A stretch of DNA of 64,000 bases from Candidatus Parcubacteria bacterium (lineage in GTDB: Bacteria > Patescibacteriota > Minisyncoccia > Phycocordibacterales > UBA918): positions 3,151 to 67,150 of the forward strand of contig JAKFXN010000002.1 of assembly GCA_021731405.1 (NCBI GenBank), read 5' to 3'. This document shows positions 20,662-31,800 of this stretch, piece by piece. The notes under the pieces were generated by a model. The model did no database searches. It worked only from the letters and a program-made list of their open reading frames with translations, and was not told where the DNA came from. Numbering within the stretch: position 1 is the first letter of the stretch; each line of letters starts with the position of its first letter. The translations under genes were made by a program, and so were the position numbers.

Positions 20662-20675
20662 AGGTCTAAACCTCT

Positions 20676-21584
20676 ATGGCACTTAAACAAATTAAAAACA
20701 AAATAATCTCGACCAAAAAAACCGGCAAGGTGACAAAGGCGATGGAAGCTGTTTCGGCAGTGAAAATGCGCAAGAGTCAAGAACGAGCGTTTTTGTGTCG
20801 GCCGTATGTACACGCTGCTCTTCGGATTCTTTCTCGTGTAGCACAATCTGAAGCGGTTACTACTCATCCGCTGGTGGTAAAGCGAGAGACAGGGAAGACA
20901 CTCTTGGTAGTGGTAACCAGTGACAAGGGTCTGGCTGGAAGTGTAAACAGTGCTGTATTGAAGAAGGTTGAGAAGTTCAAAGCTAGTGGTGAAGATTTTG
21001 CCATGATTGCGGTTGGTCGCAAGGCTGTTGAGTTTGCTCTACGCGAGAAGATTGAACTTCTTGGTGAATACACTAACGTGCACGATGAGGTAACTATTGA
21101 AGATGTAAAAGAAATTGTTACTAAAATACAAACTGCTTTTGCAGAAGTGGGAGTATACAAGAAAGTAGAAATCATCTACCAAAACTTCCTCTCCACCTTT
21201 GAGCAAGAGGCAACAATGCGAAAAGTGCTCCCGCTCGATACAGCAGAGGTGCATTTCATGATGCGTGGTATTCGTCCACGACACGGAAAGTTTAGTGAAG
21301 ATACGGTGCCCGCAGACAAAATGATTGATCATACTATCGAGCCAAGCGCAGAGGTAGTTTTCAATACCCTCATCCCACAGCTGATTGAGATTATTGTTTT
21401 CCATGCGTTCCTTGAGAGTAAGGCGTCAGAGCACTCAGCGCGTATGGTGGCGATGAAGAACGCAACTGACAAGAGTAAAGAAGTAGCGAAGTTCCTTACC
21501 CTCAAGTTTAACAAGGCTCGTCAAGCGGCGATTACAGCGGAAGTAGCCGAAATTACTGGTGGTATGGAAGCCATGAAAAAGTAA
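20676..21584 (+). CDS. atpG: F0F1 ATP synthase subunit gamma
   Basis: N-terminal MALKQIKNKIISTKKTGKVTKAMEAVSAVKMRK, C-terminal coiled coil. 302 aa. Confidence 0.9.
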   Translation: MALKQIKNKIISTKKTGKVTKAMEAVSAVKMRKSQERAFLCRPYVHAALRILSRVAQSEAVTTHPLVVKRETGKTLLVVVTSDKGLAGSVNSAVLKKVEKFKASGEDFAMIAVGRKAVEFALREKIELLGEYTNVHDEVTIEDVKEIVTKIQTAFAEVGVYKKVEIIYQNFLSTFEQEATMRKVLPLDTAEVHFMMRGIRPRHGKFSEDTVPADKMIDHTIEPSAEVVFNTLIPQLIEIIVFHAFLESKASEHSARMVAMKNATDKSKEVAKFLTLKFNKARQAAITAEVAEITGGMEAMKK

Positions 21585-21589
21585 ACAAT

Positions 21590-21955
21590 ATGAGAGTTTC
21601 AACCATATCAAAAATAATTCTACTCGCTTGCCAACTATTTGTAATCTGGACGCTGGTTTTTAGTGCTGTAGATTGGGCTCAACTCGTTTTAATTAGTCCT
21701 TTCGGTCTATTCGCCTTCTTTGGATCGTTTGTATACCTCATTGCCAAGATAAAAAAGTCAGGAATGAGTATGCCGACACTGTCGCCGACTCAGTTTATAA
21801 AAAATATGGAAGCGCCTGACCAGGTTGAACCTGTTAAAGAGTCTGTAAAAAATGACAGAAGCAAACTAGGTACTCTTTTTGATACTACGGTTTATGTGCT
21901 GTCGCTTTGTTTTGCGTTTAGTCCATTAATACTATTCTTTGTACTTGTTTTGTAG
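21590..21955 (+). CDS. hypothetical 3-TM membrane protein inserted between atpG and atpD
   Basis: 121 aa with hydrophobic helices. Starts 6 nt after atpG. No similarity to known ATP synthase subunits recognised. Confidence 0.5.
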   Translation: MRVSTISKIILLACQLFVIWTLVFSAVDWAQLVLISPFGLFAFFGSFVYLIAKIKKSGMSMPTLSPTQFIKNMEAPDQVEPVKESVKNDRSKLGTLFDTTVYVLSLCFAFSPLILFFVLVL

Positions 21956-21960
21956 TACTT

Positions 21961-21993
21961 AGTGATAAGTGAGTCATTGATTCATTTATCACT
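21961..21993 (+). promoter_or_regulatory. 12-bp stem hairpin inside the atp operon
   Basis: AGTGATAAGTGA-gtcattgat-TCATTTATCACT, with one G.U pair. Lies between the inserted ORF and atpD. Confidence 0.4.
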
Positions 21994-22025
21994 CGGTAGT
22001 ACCGAGTTTCAAACACAATTATTAA

Positions 22026-23408
<1,383 letters not shown>

Positions 23409-23424
23409 CAGCATCTACTTTGTT

Positions 23425-23486
23425 GCGGGGTGAAAAATATCACTCACTGTACGCTAGAGTACACCTCGCAATATTTTTCACCCCGC
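23425..23486 (+). promoter_or_regulatory. perfect 16-bp inverted repeat between atpD and atpC
   Basis: GCGGGGTGAAAAATAT ... (30-nt loop) ... ATATTTTTCACCCCGC, in the 160-nt atpD-atpC gap. Confidence 0.45.
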
Positions 23487-23568
23487 GCCGCGTATCTGAT
23501 GTCAATTTATCTCATCAAACTCGACGATTGCAAGATAGAGTAAAAACCTTAGTTCTAAGATATAAAAC

Positions 23569-23820
23569 ATGGCCGAATTAAAAACACTACAACTAAATAT
23601 CGCTCGAGTAGATGGCCCAGTCTTTGCTGGGGAAGTTATCTCTGTGACCGTGCCTGGAAGTGAAGGGGAAATGACGCTCTTAGCCGACCATACACCACTG
23701 GTGTCTGCACTTCGTGCAGGTACTATCACAGCAAGGTTGACTGATGGTACTTCACAAGAATTTGCGGTCACAGCCGGTACTCTTGAAGTAAGTCACAACA
23801 CGGTTACGATTTTACTGTAG
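23569..23820 (+). CDS. atpC: F0F1 ATP synthase subunit epsilon, N-terminal beta-sandwich domain only (83 aa)
   Basis: VPGSEGEMTLLADHTPLVSALRAGTI matches the epsilon beta-sandwich. The C-terminal helical hairpin is absent. Confidence 0.65.
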   Translation: MAELKTLQLNIARVDGPVFAGEVISVTVPGSEGEMTLLADHTPLVSALRAGTITARLTDGTSQEFAVTAGTLEVSHNTVTILL

Positions 23821-23842
23821 GCTTCTCATTGTAAAAGTTTTC

Positions 23843-24724
23843 TTAAAACGTTCCGTATTTTCGGAGCGTTTTTTGTTGTTCGTCATAGAGCGCAGCTCGT
23901 ATGTTTCCAGCTATGAGTGCCTCTTGGTGGTTTTCGGGTGCAGAAATAACCAGTGTGGTAGCCCAAGCGTCGGCTGCTCTGGCAGTTGGTGCTTTCACAA
24001 AAATCCCTAAGCCGTTTAAGCTACTGTCGCCCTGTTTTGTATCAATAATGTGAGTGTAGGTCTTCCCACCATTTTCCCAGCGCCGTTTGTGGGTGCTTGA
24101 AGCAGCAAACCCTTCATAAAAGAGGGTTGTCTCCTCGATGTAAGTACCTGGGGTTGTTGGATGCTCTAAGTAGATGGTGATTGGTTTTCCGTTCTCGGCT
24201 GTAGCGTACATATCGCCGCCACCATTTATCAAAAACTCTTTAAGACCGTGCTTGTCAGTCAGTCTAGCCGCGACGAGGTCGATGAGATAGCCTTTACCAT
24301 ATCCGCCAAGGTCTACTTGACCAAGAGTGAGGAGTATTTTATCTGGGTTGAAGGTCAGTACATGTGTAGGGTCTGGAACGTCGACAGTCATTTCTTTTGG
24401 GGTAAAAGAATAGAGAGCATCGTAGCCTGTTTGCACCATTCGTTCTCCAACCAGAAAGTTGAATACACCGTGTGTTTCATAAAAGAGTCGAAGCCCATAC
24501 TGAAGGAGGTCGATAGTGTCTTGGTCAGGATTAAGGAGATGCCTCGTGTCATTAAGGATACTGATGAGTGACTCAGAACGAAAACGTGAGTACTTCACAT
24601 CAAAAGCATGAATAAAACGACGCAAATCGTCAAAGACAATTTGCGTCGTTTCTTTTGAGGTCTCATCAAAAATCTCTATCCACCAATCTGTGCCAAGACC
24701 GTTAATGGTGGGTAGAGTAGACAT
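23843..24724 (-). CDS. apbE: FAD:protein FMN transferase (flavin transferase)
   Basis: DLGGYGKGYLIDL and C-terminal conserved regions of the ApbE family. 293 aa. Confidence 0.85.
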   Translation of the reverse strand: MSTLPTINGLGTDWWIEIFDETSKETTQIVFDDLRRFIHAFDVKYSRFRSESLISILNDTRHLLNPDQDTIDLLQYGLRLFYETHGVFNFLVGERMVQTGYDALYSFTPKEMTVDVPDPTHVLTFNPDKILLTLGQVDLGGYGKGYLIDLVAARLTDKHGLKEFLINGGGDMYATAENGKPITIYLEHPTTPGTYIEETTLFYEGFAASSTHKRRWENGGKTYTHIIDTKQGDSSLNGLGIFVKAPTARAADAWATTLVISAPENHQEALIAGNIRAALYDEQQKTLRKYGTF

Positions 24725-25203
24725 TATGTTTGTTGTGCTCTGATGGCAGCAACAGCTTGATTGAATGCCTCAGAAGTTAATGATGCTCCACCTACTCGAG
24801 ATAGTGAAATGCTATCGAGTGACTTTCCGACCACTTGCGCCTCATACGCTCCGTCAAAACGTTCTTGATTTGGATTTGAGAATCCCTCACCTCCGTCGTA
24901 GATAACGTCAGCTGCAGTAACGATGCCATTTTCTACTGTGAGACTCACTTCAATTTCGTGTGAGGTTCGAGCTGGAGTGAGGTAGGTACCTGATCCTGTG
25001 TACGTGTTTGCCATGAGCGATGTTTCAACATCAACTAGGGGTTCGGTCTCTACTACGGCTTCCTCTTCGGCTTCCATGGTCTCAGTACGATTCATCTCTT
25101 CCGTTTGAACCACCGGTGTAGTTTCTTCAGCTGGTGATAGGGTAAAAAGAAGCACTCCTAAAACAACCATAATAACTCCTAAAATTGCAACAACAATTGG
25201 CAT
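24724..25203 (-). CDS. membrane-anchored FMN-binding domain protein (probable ApbE substrate)
   Basis: N-terminal TM anchor, acidic linker, and an FMN_bind-type motif SRVGGASLTS (compare the V-S-G-A-T-x-T-S flavinylation motif). Its stop overlaps the apbE start by 1 nt. Confidence 0.65.
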   Translation of the reverse strand: MPIVVAILGVIMVVLGVLLFTLSPAEETTPVVQTEEMNRTETMEAEEEAVVETEPLVDVETSLMANTYTGSGTYLTPARTSHEIEVSLTVENGIVTAADVIYDGGEGFSNPNQERFDGAYEAQVVGKSLDSISLSRVGGASLTSEAFNQAVAAIRAQQT

Positions 25204-25302
25204 ACGACAAAACTTAATTTAGATAAAAACAGCACTTATATTATACTAATTTTAAAGTAACCTTGAAAGTTTACGTTAACCCTAATTAAATGCTTAATAT
25301 TT

Positions 25303-26859
25303 ATGTACGCAGCCTTGATTAAAGTATTTCAAAAAGTAGAACAAAAGCTGGATGCAATTGCCATGTATCGTATTGTTTCTATGGCTCTGCTAGAGATAGC
25401 TTTTTTTGCTATTTTGTTTGGTTTTCTTGGACTGATTCCGTATGGGGGAGTAGAGATACTCGTCTCACTTTCCGCTGCGCTTCTAGCGGCATTTAGCACC
25501 AACTGGCTTTGTAGTAAAATCTGGCACACTGAGGTGAACAATGAGTCCGCTTTTATTACTGCGCTCATTCTATTTTTTCTTATTATTCCCGCACAGATCT
25601 CGGACTTAGAAAGCACGTGGGTGGTTATGCTCGTGACGTTTGTGGCGATTTTGTCTAAGTTTGTTTTTGCGATACGAAAGCAGCACATTGCTAATCCTGC
25701 AGCTTTGGGTGTGGTGTTAGTGGCTCTTGCTTATACGCTCTTTCCAATCCCAGGGTACTTCGAATCGACATGGTGGGTGGGGCGTGTCGAACTCTTTTTG
25801 CCGCTTCTTATTGCAGGACTAGCAGTAGTTACAAAAATTAGAAAATGGACTCCGGTGCTAGCATTTCTTTCCGTTGCGTTTGCTGTGTATCTTTTTGAGG
25901 AGTGGCGCTTTGGAGCAGATGTTGCCTCTAGAGCGTCTACCTTTTGGCTTAGTGGACCAAGTCTCTTTTTGGCGTTTTTCATGTTGACCGAGCCGTTTAC
26001 GCTACCGCCAACAAAAAAACTACAAGCTGGGTACGGAGCCCTTATTGGTTTTATTTCTCAAACCACCATCTTTCTGCCGTTTCTAAAGATGACCCCAGAA
26101 CTCGCTTTGGTACTTGGAAATATTTTATTTTATCCAGCTACACTGAAGCGAAAATTAATTTTGCCGCTAGTTAAGACTACCGAGGTCGCCAAAAATACTT
26201 TTGAGTTTGCTTTTAAAAAGCCTGAAGGACTTCGTTTTGTACCCGGACAGTACTTGGAATGGATGTTGCCACACCATAAGTCAGACAATCGAGGCATTCG
26301 TCGCTACTTTACGATTGCGTCGTCGCCAACTGATTCGCTTATACGTATTGCGGTACGCTTTGCCGATACTGTAAGTTCGTACAAAAACACTCTACGTGCT
26401 ATGCAGGGAGGAGAAATAATAATAGCTAGTCAGTTGGCTGGAGACTTCGTTTTGCCAAAAGATGAAGAGAAGGCGGTAGCTCTTGTGGCTGGAGGTATTG
26501 GCGTCACTCCTTTTTTGAGTCAGATAGGGTATATGAAAGACACAAAGTCGACTCGTAAGACAACACTCTTCTACTGCAACAATACAGTGTCTGAAATTGC
26601 TTATAAAGATTTTCTTGAGGCAGCAGCAAAAGACATCTCTCTTACTACTGTTCACGTGCTCGCCAAAGAACAAGTTGCGGGTTACGAGTCAGGTTTTTTG
26701 ACTCGGGAGATTATTGAAAAATATCTGACGGACTATAAAACAGTAGCGTGGTATCTTTCTGGGCCACCGGGAATGGTCAATGCGTATAAAAAACTTCTAG
26801 TTGAAATGGGTGTGTCAAGAAAAAATATCAAACAAGATTTTTTTCCAGGTCTCGCATAG
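25303..26859 (+). CDS. membrane oxidoreductase: polytopic N-terminal domain (RnfD/NqrB-like, FFMLTEP motif) fused to an FNR-type FAD/NAD(P)-binding reductase domain
   Basis: About 300 aa of TM helices, then RYFTIASSP (RxYS FAD motif), GGIGVTPFLS (NAD motif) and C-terminal LSGPPGMVNA. 518 aa. Confidence 0.8.
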   Translation: MYAALIKVFQKVEQKLDAIAMYRIVSMALLEIAFFAILFGFLGLIPYGGVEILVSLSAALLAAFSTNWLCSKIWHTEVNNESAFITALILFFLIIPAQISDLESTWVVMLVTFVAILSKFVFAIRKQHIANPAALGVVLVALAYTLFPIPGYFESTWWVGRVELFLPLLIAGLAVVTKIRKWTPVLAFLSVAFAVYLFEEWRFGADVASRASTFWLSGPSLFLAFFMLTEPFTLPPTKKLQAGYGALIGFISQTTIFLPFLKMTPELALVLGNILFYPATLKRKLILPLVKTTEVAKNTFEFAFKKPEGLRFVPGQYLEWMLPHHKSDNRGIRRYFTIASSPTDSLIRIAVRFADTVSSYKNTLRAMQGGEIIIASQLAGDFVLPKDEEKAVALVAGGIGVTPFLSQIGYMKDTKSTRKTTLFYCNNTVSEIAYKDFLEAAAKDISLTTVHVLAKEQVAGYESGFLTREIIEKYLTDYKTVAWYLSGPPGMVNAYKKLLVEMGVSRKNIKQDFFPGLA

Positions 26860-26861
26860 TA

Positions 26862-27524
26862 TTACCAAATGATTGGAGAGTGTCTGTGCTTTTCTAGATA
26901 CGCATTTGTCTGACTAAAATGTTTGCAGCCAAAAAAGCCACTATGAGCTGAAAAGGGAGAGGGGTGGGGTGCGGTAAGTACAAGATGCTTTTTGCTATCA
27001 ATAAGATTTGCTTTGGCTTGTGCATACTTTCCCCATAAAAGGAAAACAACGTTTTCTTTTTCATTGGATATCTTTTTGATTATGACGTCAGTAAAAGTTT
27101 CCCAACCTTGTCCTTGGTGCGAAGCCGGAAGTCCACTCTCTACAGTGAGAGTAGCATTGAGCAGGAGTACTCCTTGCTCGGCCCAACGCTCTAAATTTCC
27201 AGAAGCTGGAGAAGGTGTACCAACATCAGAGGCAATTTCCTTGAAAATATTTTTAAGTGATGGAGGAACAGTGATTCCTTCATGCACAGAAAAGGAAAGC
27301 CCATGTGCTTGCCCTGCGCCATGATATGGATCTTGCCCGAGGACCACTACTCGTACTTTATCAAATGGACACAATCTGAAAGCACTAAATAAATCTGTTG
27401 GTTTTGGAAATACCGTTTTGGTTAGATACGCGCTTCGAACAAATGAGGTCAAGGAAACAAAGTATTCTTTCTCAAACTCGTCTTTGAGTTGCAGAGCCCA
27501 GTTCGGTTCAATGTCTACTTTCAT
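26862..27524 (-). CDS. ung: uracil-DNA glycosylase, family 1
   Basis: VVLGQDPYHGAGQAHGLSFSV active-site motif. Confidence 0.9.
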   Translation of the reverse strand: MKVDIEPNWALQLKDEFEKEYFVSLTSFVRSAYLTKTVFPKPTDLFSAFRLCPFDKVRVVVLGQDPYHGAGQAHGLSFSVHEGITVPPSLKNIFKEIASDVGTPSPASGNLERWAEQGVLLLNATLTVESGLPASHQGQGWETFTDVIIKKISNEKENVVFLLWGKYAQAKANLIDSKKHLVLTAPHPSPFSAHSGFFGCKHFSQTNAYLEKHRHSPIIW

Positions 27525-27595
27525 ACAATAATATATGTAGCTTACCTTGTTTGCAGTACTTGTGCGAACGGTGTTTTGAGGCTTAAAAGAGCGGT

Positions 27596-27838
27596 ATGGT
27601 ACACTATTTCTCTATGCACGAAACACACAAAAGAAGTATTCTTAAAGGTATTACTTGGCGAATTATCGCATCAGGAACTACCATGACGGTGGTCTATGTT
27701 GTGACCGGAGATTTGGCTTTAGTTGCGAGTGTGGGAGTGGTTGATGTGATAGCTAAGGTTTTTTTCTACTACATTCACGAACGGAGTTGGGGGAGAGTTA
27801 CTTGGGGACTTCTTGGTACTGAACCCCAGATCAAATAA
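27596..27838 (+). CDS. small membrane protein (DUF2061-like)
   Basis: 80 aa, two TM helices, ERSWGRV motif. Confidence 0.4.
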   Translation: MVHYFSMHETHKRSILKGITWRIIASGTTMTVVYVVTGDLALVASVGVVDVIAKVFFYYIHERSWGRVTWGLLGTEPQIK

Positions 27839-27841
27839 AAT

Positions 27842-28702
27842 TTATTTTTGGCAGGTAGGGCAATAGTGTGTACCGCGTCCTGCCACTCTAATCTTCTCTA
27901 TCTCAGTACCACAAACTCCGCAAGGAGTTTTTTGTTTACCAAATACTTGTAGGTAGTCTGTGTAGTTACCATTTTCTCCACCGGTATCTTTAAAATGCTG
28001 GAAGGTGGTGCCGCCAACAGCAATAGATTTTTTAAGAATAGCAGAGCTGGCGATGGCAATTGCACGTGCTTCATTTTTAGTGAGTGTATTTGCATTTCTT
28101 GTCGGTCGAACTTTAGCCATGAACAGAGCTTCATCGACATAGATATTCCCCAGACCAGCCACAAATTTTTGATCTAAGAGGGCAGCTTTTACCGTGGTGT
28201 TTCGTTTTCGTATAAGAGAAACAAAACTATCAATATCAAAATCTTCACTAATGGGTTCTTGTCCATACTTTGCTCTTGCTACAGCAACTTCCTTCGCGGT
28301 GGCGGTTTTGATATACCCAAACAAACGCATGTCATTAAAATATAGTACCGATGAATCAGAGAAGTGAAAAACCGCTCTCGTATGTTTGTGTGGTAGCTTT
28401 AGGTCTGTCTCACTCATGGAGTGTCCGCCTCCAACAATGCCAGAAGCATCTGCATAAAAAAATTGACCAGTCATCTTCAAGTGAACAAGAAGAAACAAAT
28501 CTTTTTCGTGGGTGAAGGAGAAAATTAAAAGCTTACCAATCCTGTCTATGTGACTAATTGATTTTTCGGTCATTTTTTTCGCAAACAGCTTTTCGTGTAC
28601 TACTGTCTTGGGGTGGAGGACAGTAACTTTTTTGATTGATTTACCTCGTACTTTATGGAGTAGCTGGAGGCGAACCGTCTCTACTTCGGGGAGTTCTGGC
28701 AT
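27842..28702 (-). CDS. mutM: formamidopyrimidine-DNA glycosylase
   Basis: N-terminal MPELPEVE catalytic Pro/Glu. H2TH region. C-terminal zinc finger CGVCGTEI...HYCPTCQ. Confidence 0.9.
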   Translation of the reverse strand: MPELPEVETVRLQLLHKVRGKSIKKVTVLHPKTVVHEKLFAKKMTEKSISHIDRIGKLLIFSFTHEKDLFLLVHLKMTGQFFYADASGIVGGGHSMSETDLKLPHKHTRAVFHFSDSSVLYFNDMRLFGYIKTATAKEVAVARAKYGQEPISEDFDIDSFVSLIRKRNTTVKAALLDQKFVAGLGNIYVDEALFMAKVRPTRNANTLTKNEARAIAIASSAILKKSIAVGGTTFQHFKDTGGENGNYTDYLQVFGKQKTPCGVCGTEIEKIRVAGRGTHYCPTCQK

Positions 28703-28890
28703 GGGGCTTATTGTATGTGGTGTCTTGTAAAATGCAACTCCTGTCCACTTTTGTCAAAGTACATAAAACCTTTAAAAATAAGAGTCTAGGGAATAATTCA
28801 CTCTAGTGAACACACTAAATACCAATTTAGTGAAGATTCTTAGGTATACTAATTGCAGATTTAAACCATTTATTATTTTAGTCATATTGT

Positions 28891-31800
28891 ATGCTCAAAG
28901 TGTTTTCTAAGCTCAGCCTAGCTTTATTTTTACTCGTACCAAGCCTTGGGTTAGCTCAGGTCACCAACCTACCTTCTGTGCCACAACCAAGTAGTGGCCA
29001 GATAGTGGGACTCAATCTGCAAAACCCAACAGGGAGTAGTCTCGTCTCACAACCTGTGCGTTTTGGACAAGCTTTTTTAGCTGGAGCACTTTCTGGTACT
29101 TCAGGCATTAATGCAACGGTAAACGGAGTCGCTGCTCCCGCGCAAATTGACGTAAAGACAAAACACGCTGATGGCTCAGTGAAGTTTGGTGTTGTCACCG
29201 TGATGGCACCTGCTGTCTCTGCTAACACCGTAAACCCAACTCTTCTCTCAGCTACAACAAAAAGTAGTTCAGTCATTTCACTTTCGACTATGCCCAACTA
29301 CTCGCTTGTGGTAGACATGACTATGTCAGATGGAAAGAAATACAGCTTCAATGCCGCCACACTTTTGGCTGAAGCGATCTCTGCTGGGAAGGTTTCATAC
29401 TGGAGACAAGGGTCAGTAGTAACAGAGGGAAGAATTGAAGTACCAGTAGTATCTTCAATGCGTCTCGTGTTTGATATTTCTAAGTATCAAGATGGTACAT
29501 ACTCTACCGACGTTCATTTCAACAATGATGCGGCGATGACTTCTTCAGGTAATACGCTTACGTACTCAGCGACGATTACTCAAAATGGGAAAGTGGCCTA
29601 CCAAGTAAGCAACCTTAAACATCATCAATATCAAACCTGGCACACAGTAATCTACAGTGGAGCAACCCCAGCTATCAATCCACAACTCGATATTCCGTAT
29701 CTAGTAAAAACAAAGACAATTATTAATTTTGACACTACCCATGGGGTACTCACTGATGAGATTTCAAGTCTCACGTACAAACCCCTAGATGCAACTGGCA
29801 TTACTGAGTATATGCCTATGGCTGGAGCAAGAGGTGATATTGGGCCGATTACCAATGTAAATGCTGATTGGCTCCTCACGCAAGATGCTAAGGCTGCAAA
29901 ATCTGCTCTAGCACAAGCTGATGGTGCGGGTAGTGTGCCATGGCACTATTATGACCCGTCGAGTAAAGACTATATTTCACTCGATAAGTACCCTGACCTC
30001 TGGACGGATGAACGAGGAGATCCAACCCTAACTCAGTTTTCGAAAAGTACCGATTGGCAAGTAGACTCAGCTCATCAACCAAACCTTTCTTTCATCCCAT
30101 ATCTATTAACTGGTAGTAGATACCACCTTGATCAGATAAACGCACAGGCAACTCACGCTATCTTTATTGTGTGGCCAGCCCCGAGAGATGGTGGTACTGG
30201 ACTCGTTATTAATGATAACGACCAAATTCGTAGTCAGGCTTGGAATTTTAGACAAGTAGCTGAAGCGGCTTGGGCAAATCCAGACGGAACAGCAACCAAA
30301 GCCTACTGGGAAAGACTTGTAGACAACAACCTACAGAGTTTACTCAACAGAATACCGCAAATGACAAAAGCTCAAGGTGAACCTCATGGCTATATAGCTG
30401 GATACGCACCATGGCAAGATGACTATTTTCTTTCTTCTATGGCAGCTGTGGCTGGGCGGGGAAACGCCAAAGCGAAAAAAATTATTGAATGGATGTCTAA
30501 CTTTATGGTGGGAAGATTTGTGCACCTACCAAATCCCGAAGTCGGTATCACTGCTGAATTAACAAACTGGAAATCTGACGACTCTGGTTACATCACAACC
30601 TGGAAAGGTATTTCCGATGCTAACCCATCTTCTAATTCTGACGGCGGTACGTATGGACTACTTGGCTTGGGTTCAATTGCCAACACGTACAATATCACCG
30701 GTTCTTCAACAGTGTTACAAGTCTATAACAGGATAAAAGCTTTAAATTTCCCGACTACCAGTATTGATGATAGACGAACAGAAACACAGTTCAGTATTGT
30801 CCCAGTGGGTACTGGCGCAGGTGTTATTACACCCTCTCCAACTCCAACACCTACTCCGACTCCGATTCCAGTAGTAGCTCCAACCGCTACTCTGACCGCT
30901 ATCCCAACTTCAATCACCAGTGGTGGCAGCACTGTGGTCTCTTGGTCTTCAACTAATGCCACTACCTGTACTGGCACCAATTTCACCACTGGTGGAGCAA
31001 CGAGCGGTGCAGTCTCAGTTGCACTGGTGAACAACGCAACTTTCACGCTGTCATGTACTGGTGCTGGTGGTACGGTTACTAAGTCAGTAACTGTTAGTGT
31101 GGCCGCTACACCTTCAACTAAGTTCACACTTACAGACAGGGTAGCTGCCTCCGACACTGTTAATGTCCGTGCAACCGCTAACACTGCAGGAACTCTTAGA
31201 GGCACACAAGTGGTAGGTGCGCTAGGTAGTGTTGCTGGAGGACCAACTTCAGCCAATGGATATAGTTGGTGGAATATTAATTTCGACAACGGTGCTGACG
31301 GTTGGGCAGTGGAGGACTACCTTGTGAAATCGACAGTACCTGTTCCGACTCCAGCCCCTACACCAACTCCAACTCCAACACCCGTACCTGTTCCAACTCC
31401 AACGCCAGTAGTAGCCCCAACCCTCACCCTCACTGCCAGCAAAGCAGCAGTTGTGTCTCGAGAACGGGTAACACTCAATTGGTCAGCTCAAAATGCTACC
31501 AGCTGTGCTTCAGGCAATTTCCTTGTTTCAAGTACCACAGGTTCAAAGGTGGTCCGTCCAACAAAAAGTACTACATACACCATGACCTGTACTGGAAAGA
31601 GTGGTTCTGTGACACAGAGCGTGGGGGTAACAGTTGGTACTACCCCAACACCAACTCCGACACCTACTCCAACTCCAGTACCAACCCCTACCCCAACACC
31701 AACGCCGGTGCCTGCCCCTGTTCCAACTCCAACCCCGTCAGCTGGTAGCATGCCAACCGACTACTTCCTCTACCTACCATTTGATGGTTCGATTGAAGAG

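Noticed and set aside
30723-31751. Minus-strand and alternative-frame ORFs rich in GVGVGV/VGVG repeats inside giant gene 1 (30723..31289, 31488..31751, 31302..31748)
   Set aside because: They are antisense or out-of-frame shadows of the PT-linker repeats. Composition is artefactual and they lie fully within a well-supported long CDS.
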